This document shows, piece after piece, positions 26,770-30,016 of a DNA stretch of 30,016 nucleotides. A model generated the notes under the pieces. The model saw only the letters and a list, made by a program, of their open reading frames with translations. It was not told the DNA's origin and did no database searches. Numbering within the stretch: the first letter of the stretch is position 1; each line of letters opens with the position of its first letter. The stretch comes from Nitrososphaeraceae archaeon. Lineage in GTDB: Archaea > Thermoproteota > Nitrososphaeria > Nitrososphaerales > Nitrososphaeraceae. Where the stretch lies: contig JBIOZG010000059.1 in assembly GCA_044870765.1 (NCBI GenBank), positions 1 to 30,016 on the forward strand, given 5' to 3'. Both the position numbers and the translations under genes were made by a program.

Positions 26770-28200
26770 TTATCTATACTTATAGTGTTTCTCAAATATG
26801 TCTTCTGTCTCTCTATATCTGGATTTTTCAACTTCAAGGATATGTTCCATTGCCTCGTCAGTTTTGAGCATCAAAGGTTTTCCGAGCCATTTATTTTCCA
26901 TAAGATAGTTGACCCAAGCTCTAATCGTTGGACCCATTTTGCGAGACAATGGCTCCAAAAAGCCGCTAACAATTTCCCTTTTTGATTCTTCATTACTAAG
27001 ACCTCTACACATAAGATAGAAGATTTGGCTTTCATCTATTTGCGCAACAGATGCCGAATGCGTCGCCCTTACTTCATTAGTTTCAATTTCTAGTCCAGGT
27101 ATCGTATCAGACTTTGCACCTTTATCCAATAATATAGAATGACCAGCAAGATATGATTCCGCAGATTTTCCATTTTTATTAATTTTTATCATGCCCTTAA
27201 AGAGTGACTTGGAGTTGTCTTTCATTACTGATTTTGATAACACTCTTCCCCTTGTGTTTGGTCCCTCGTGAATAAGATTTGAGGTCACATCAAACGACTG
27301 GTTATTGACACCAAAAATAATTTCAACATCTTCCGCACTCGCTCCTTCTCCCTTCATAATATTGTCAATTTTATATCTTGAAAGCTGGGCACCAAATAAT
27401 CCCATATACCAAGACATTTTTGCATCCCTATCAATGAATGCCTTCCTATTTGAAAAGTTAACCGTGCTTTTCTCATTCATTGCTTGCAGTGTTACAACTT
27501 CCAGTTCCGAGTTTGATCCAACATAGCATTCTAAAAGTTCAAACAATGACTGTTGAACCGTCTTATCAGATTGTTCATTACTATATAATTCTTGAACTAT
27601 GCTTGCCTTTGAATTTGATTCTGATATGACGATGTTCCTTGTTATCGAAGATGTTCCATCTGGTGCCAATACATCGATTATTCTTATTGACTCATCAATT
27701 ATTACATCCTTTGGTATGTACACAAAAATACCAGAGTCAAAGCAGGACAATTCCAAAGCTAGAAACTTATCTTCAGTATAGTTAAGTTGATTTGAATACA
27801 GTTTATCTTTAATAATACTTCCGTAATTCTTTATTGCACTCTTAAGATCTGAAATAACTACACCTTGTTTTAACAGCTTTTCTGGAACATTCCTATGAAC
27901 TATTGAAGAGCCTATTTTAAGAATACTAGTTTCCTTTTGTAGCTCTTTTATCCTTTCATTAAGATCATCTTCTGGAGCATAAGTTTTAGTCCCTTGTGAA
28001 AGATAAACACGTTCCGGATATAGAAGATTGGCGTCAGAATATTTCTTATACAAAGGTGAAACTTCGTGAGGAAGAGAGGAATAGTTTGAAAATGCATTAT
28101 TCCTTATTTCCATCATCCACTCTGGTTCTGAATTCAAATTACTCTTTTCTTTTACATATTTGTCATCTAATGATGATAGAGAAATAAGCCCACTTGTCAA
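26770..28200 (-). CDS. sufD: Fe-S cluster assembly protein SufD (SufB/D family)
   Basis: Motifs EPEWM..IR, SLFKGMI.I, DTIPGLEIETNEVRATHSASV and FYLMCRGL. Confidence 0.9.
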   Translation of the reverse strand: MTSGLISLSSLDDKYVKEKSNLNSEPEWMMEIRNNAFSNYSSLPHEVSPLYKKYSDANLLYPERVYLSQGTKTYAPEDDLNERIKELQKETSILKIGSSIVHRNVPEKLLKQGVVISDLKSAIKNYGSIIKDKLYSNQLNYTEDKFLALELSCFDSGIFVYIPKDVIIDESIRIIDVLAPDGTSSITRNIVISESNSKASIVQELYSNEQSDKTVQQSLFELLECYVGSNSELEVVTLQAMNEKSTVNFSNRKAFIDRDAKMSWYMGLFGAQLSRYKIDNIMKGEGASAEDVEIIFGVNNQSFDVTSNLIHEGPNTRGRVLSKSVMKDNSKSLFKGMIKINKNGKSAESYLAGHSILLDKGAKSDTIPGLEIETNEVRATHSASVAQIDESQIFYLMCRGLSNEESKREIVSGFLEPLSRKMGPTIRAWVNYLMENKWLGKPLMLKTDEAMEHILEVEKSRYRETEDIFEKHYKYR

Positions 28201-28431
28201 ATTATAGGATAAATATGGATAAACATATTATCTATCTTTCTATTTTCAACTTTAATCTGCGAGTTACTTAATAACCACTGATTCTAGCCAATTCTAGCGC
28301 TGACCGTGGACCCATATGAATGAAAATCTTTCAGCTTGTTTTGGTCAGAAGAAGGTGCAGATAATTGATAGATGCACAATTTGGCTAACATTATTTCAAA
28401 ACAGATAAAAGATTGACAAGAATTTTTTCTA

Positions 28432-29706
28432 ATGATGAGAAGGCATATAATAGTTATACTGATTTTTAATTTAATCTTAGTTCCCACTTTTGCTTTTGCT
28501 CCAATTATTTACGAGAACAATATTTCTCATGCAGCATACGTGAGAGCTTTGCCTGAGAGCACTGGACAGACATTAGCTGATCCTTCTTTGAAAGTTGAAT
28601 TAACCTTTAAGGATGGTCTTAAGGGGCCAATAACTGGCATGGCCTTTCTCGGGCCAGATGATATTCTTGTTTTAGAGAAAAACACAGGAAAGGTCCAGAG
28701 AGTCTTAAACGGAAGCCTTCAAGACGCACCACTTCTGCAGGTGAAGGTTGGGACAGAAGTAGAGTTGGGAATGTTGGGAATTGCAGTGTCAAAGAGTGAA
28801 GAGGGAAAGACCTTTGTATTCCTATACTATACTGAGGCTAATAGTTCTGGAATCGTTATTGGTAACAGATTATACAAATACGAATTGGTCGATAACAGAC
28901 TTGTAAATCCACTTTTGCTTTTGAATTTGCCCGCAAATTCTCCCATATTGGGACATGAGAATAATCATAACGGCGGAAAAGTTGTCATAGGACCTGACAA
29001 GAACGTCTACGTTGTAGTGGGGGATGTAGGAGGCAGAATGGGCAACATTCAGAATATCATTAGAGGCAATGCTCCAGACGGTACAAGCGGAATCTTAAGA
29101 GTAACGCAAGATGGTAAGTCTGTGTCTGACGGCCCTTTTGGGAGTAAGGTCCCAAATGTACTATATTATGCATATGGGATACGCAATAGCTTTGGGTTTG
29201 ATTTTGATCCCGTAACTGGTAACTTGTGGGATAGTGAAAACGGTGGAGTCGACAAGGATGAAATTAATTATGTGTATCCTGGCTTTAATAGTGGCTGGAG
29301 AAAGGCCATGGGTATGGCTCTATCAAGATTTGACCCCAATGAAGATTTATTTGATTTTGAGGGGAAAGGAAAATACAGTGATCCGGAGTTCGTATGGAAG
29401 GAAACTGTTGCTCCAACAGCTCTAAAATTCCTGAATTCATCTAAACTTGGAGCGCAATATGAGAACACGATATTCGTGGGCGATGTGAAGACTGGCAACC
29501 TTTACAATTTCAAACTCGATTCGAATAGAGAACAATTACTTTTGGATCCGCCCTTAGATGATAAGGTAGCCGATACTCCTCAGGAAGTTCAAAGTGTCAT
29601 ATTTGGTCGAGGGTTTGGAGTAATAACGGACATACAAGCTGGACAGGATGGCTATCTCTATGTATTGGGAATAGATGGGACCATCTACAGGATTGTGCCG
29701 ACGTAA
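28432..29706 (+). CDS. Secreted PQQ-dependent glucose/sorbosone dehydrogenase-family protein
   Basis: Signal peptide; motifs MAFLGPDDILVLEK, GMLGIA, NHNGG...GPD, YGIRNSFG and DEIN. Confidence 0.92.
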   Translation: MMRRHIIVILIFNLILVPTFAFAPIIYENNISHAAYVRALPESTGQTLADPSLKVELTFKDGLKGPITGMAFLGPDDILVLEKNTGKVQRVLNGSLQDAPLLQVKVGTEVELGMLGIAVSKSEEGKTFVFLYYTEANSSGIVIGNRLYKYELVDNRLVNPLLLLNLPANSPILGHENNHNGGKVVIGPDKNVYVVVGDVGGRMGNIQNIIRGNAPDGTSGILRVTQDGKSVSDGPFGSKVPNVLYYAYGIRNSFGFDFDPVTGNLWDSENGGVDKDEINYVYPGFNSGWRKAMGMALSRFDPNEDLFDFEGKGKYSDPEFVWKETVAPTALKFLNSSKLGAQYENTIFVGDVKTGNLYNFKLDSNREQLLLDPPLDDKVADTPQEVQSVIFGRGFGVITDIQAGQDGYLYVLGIDGTIYRIVPT

Positions 29707-29814
29707 GTGGTACGGATCTAAAGCATACCCATGTATTGAATGGCATGTATTTGATTTATTCCAAGATATCGACTTATTCTTAACTTAAAATATAGCTGAC
29801 CACAAGTTAATCAC

Positions 29815-30016
29815 ATGAATTCAGCAGGCGGCTTCATAAAGGCAATAGAATCTGGAACAAAGCATCTTCTTATCAAGAGATTTACACTCAGATATCCAGA
29901 AAAGAAACTAAAGTTTGTAGGCGATGGATATCAATTTGATCCAAAGAGAGGAGTTGGAATCGCAGGTTCTAGAGGTCGACATATCCTATTTCACGATAAA
30001 TGTACTGGATGCCAGC
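29815..30016 (+). CDS. nuoI: NADH-quinone oxidoreductase subunit I (5' part only; not in ORF track)
   Basis: MNSAGGFIKAIESGTKHLLIKRFTLRYPEKKLKFVGDGYQFDPKRGVGIAGSRGRHILFHDKCTGCQ... contains T.RYPE, RGRH and the start of the first ferredoxin motif (CxxC). Confidence 0.88.
   Translation, partial: MNSAGGFIKAIESGTKHLLIKRFTLRYPEKKLKFVGDGYQFDPKRGVGIAGSRGRHILFHDKCTGCQ

Noticed and set aside
28284-28487. 67-aa - strand ORF and a weak CTGACC/GGTCAG pairing upstream of sufD
   Set aside because: The ORF overlaps the start of the PQQ dehydrogenase and has no motifs. The pairing is too short to call an RNA.
1522-29498. Remaining nested or antisense ORF-track entries (e.g. 1522, 2479, 3973, 4357, 4859, 5344, 5478, 6411, 6714, 7041, 9046, 9636, 11616, 13107, 14836, 15418, 15653, 15799, 17678, 18035, 18376, 24948, 25976, 26785, 27305, 27599, 27996, 29234, 29268)
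   Set aside because: They overlap well-supported genes on the opposite strand or in another frame, and have no independent motifs.

Overview
A low-GC archaeal window whose gene content points to a soil ammonia-oxidising archaeon (Nitrososphaeraceae, possibly Nitrosocosmicus-like). Indicators are an AOA-type nirK, archaeal uL16/eL15, a tRNA-splicing endonuclease subunit and thaumarchaeal-type surface proteins. Most of the window is housekeeping: nirK (cut by the left edge and missed by the ORF track), PAC2, a CPA2 antiporter, nnrD, amrS, tRNA-Glu(CTC), endA, rpl10e, pgk, yjbQ, an aspartase/fumarase, a serA-like dehydrogenase, rpl15e, signal peptidase I, a Rieske ferredoxin, sufD, a PQQ sugar dehydrogenase and the start of a nuoI with no nuoH upstream. 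The main feature is a ~5.0 kb tyrosine-recombinase element (~18751-23790) inserted into the last codons of a membrane-protein gene. Joining its two ends gives a perfect 10-7-10 palindromic attP (TATAACTAGA-N7-TCTAGTTATA) and an empty attB that matches only one arm. The element replaces the host C-terminus almost exactly (SNSSYR* becomes SNSSYN*). Its cargo is micro-ORFs, small secreted proteins and pseudogenes. These are interspersed with three copies of a ~55-60 bp GGTGGG..CCCACC hairpin repeat, three copies of a CC(C/T)TCCC-N16-TATA promoter, and order-permuted flanking blocks, which together suggest cassette-like assembly. Several credible micro-proteins under 60 aa were missed by the ORF track. 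All family calls come from manual motif recognition; no database searches were run.
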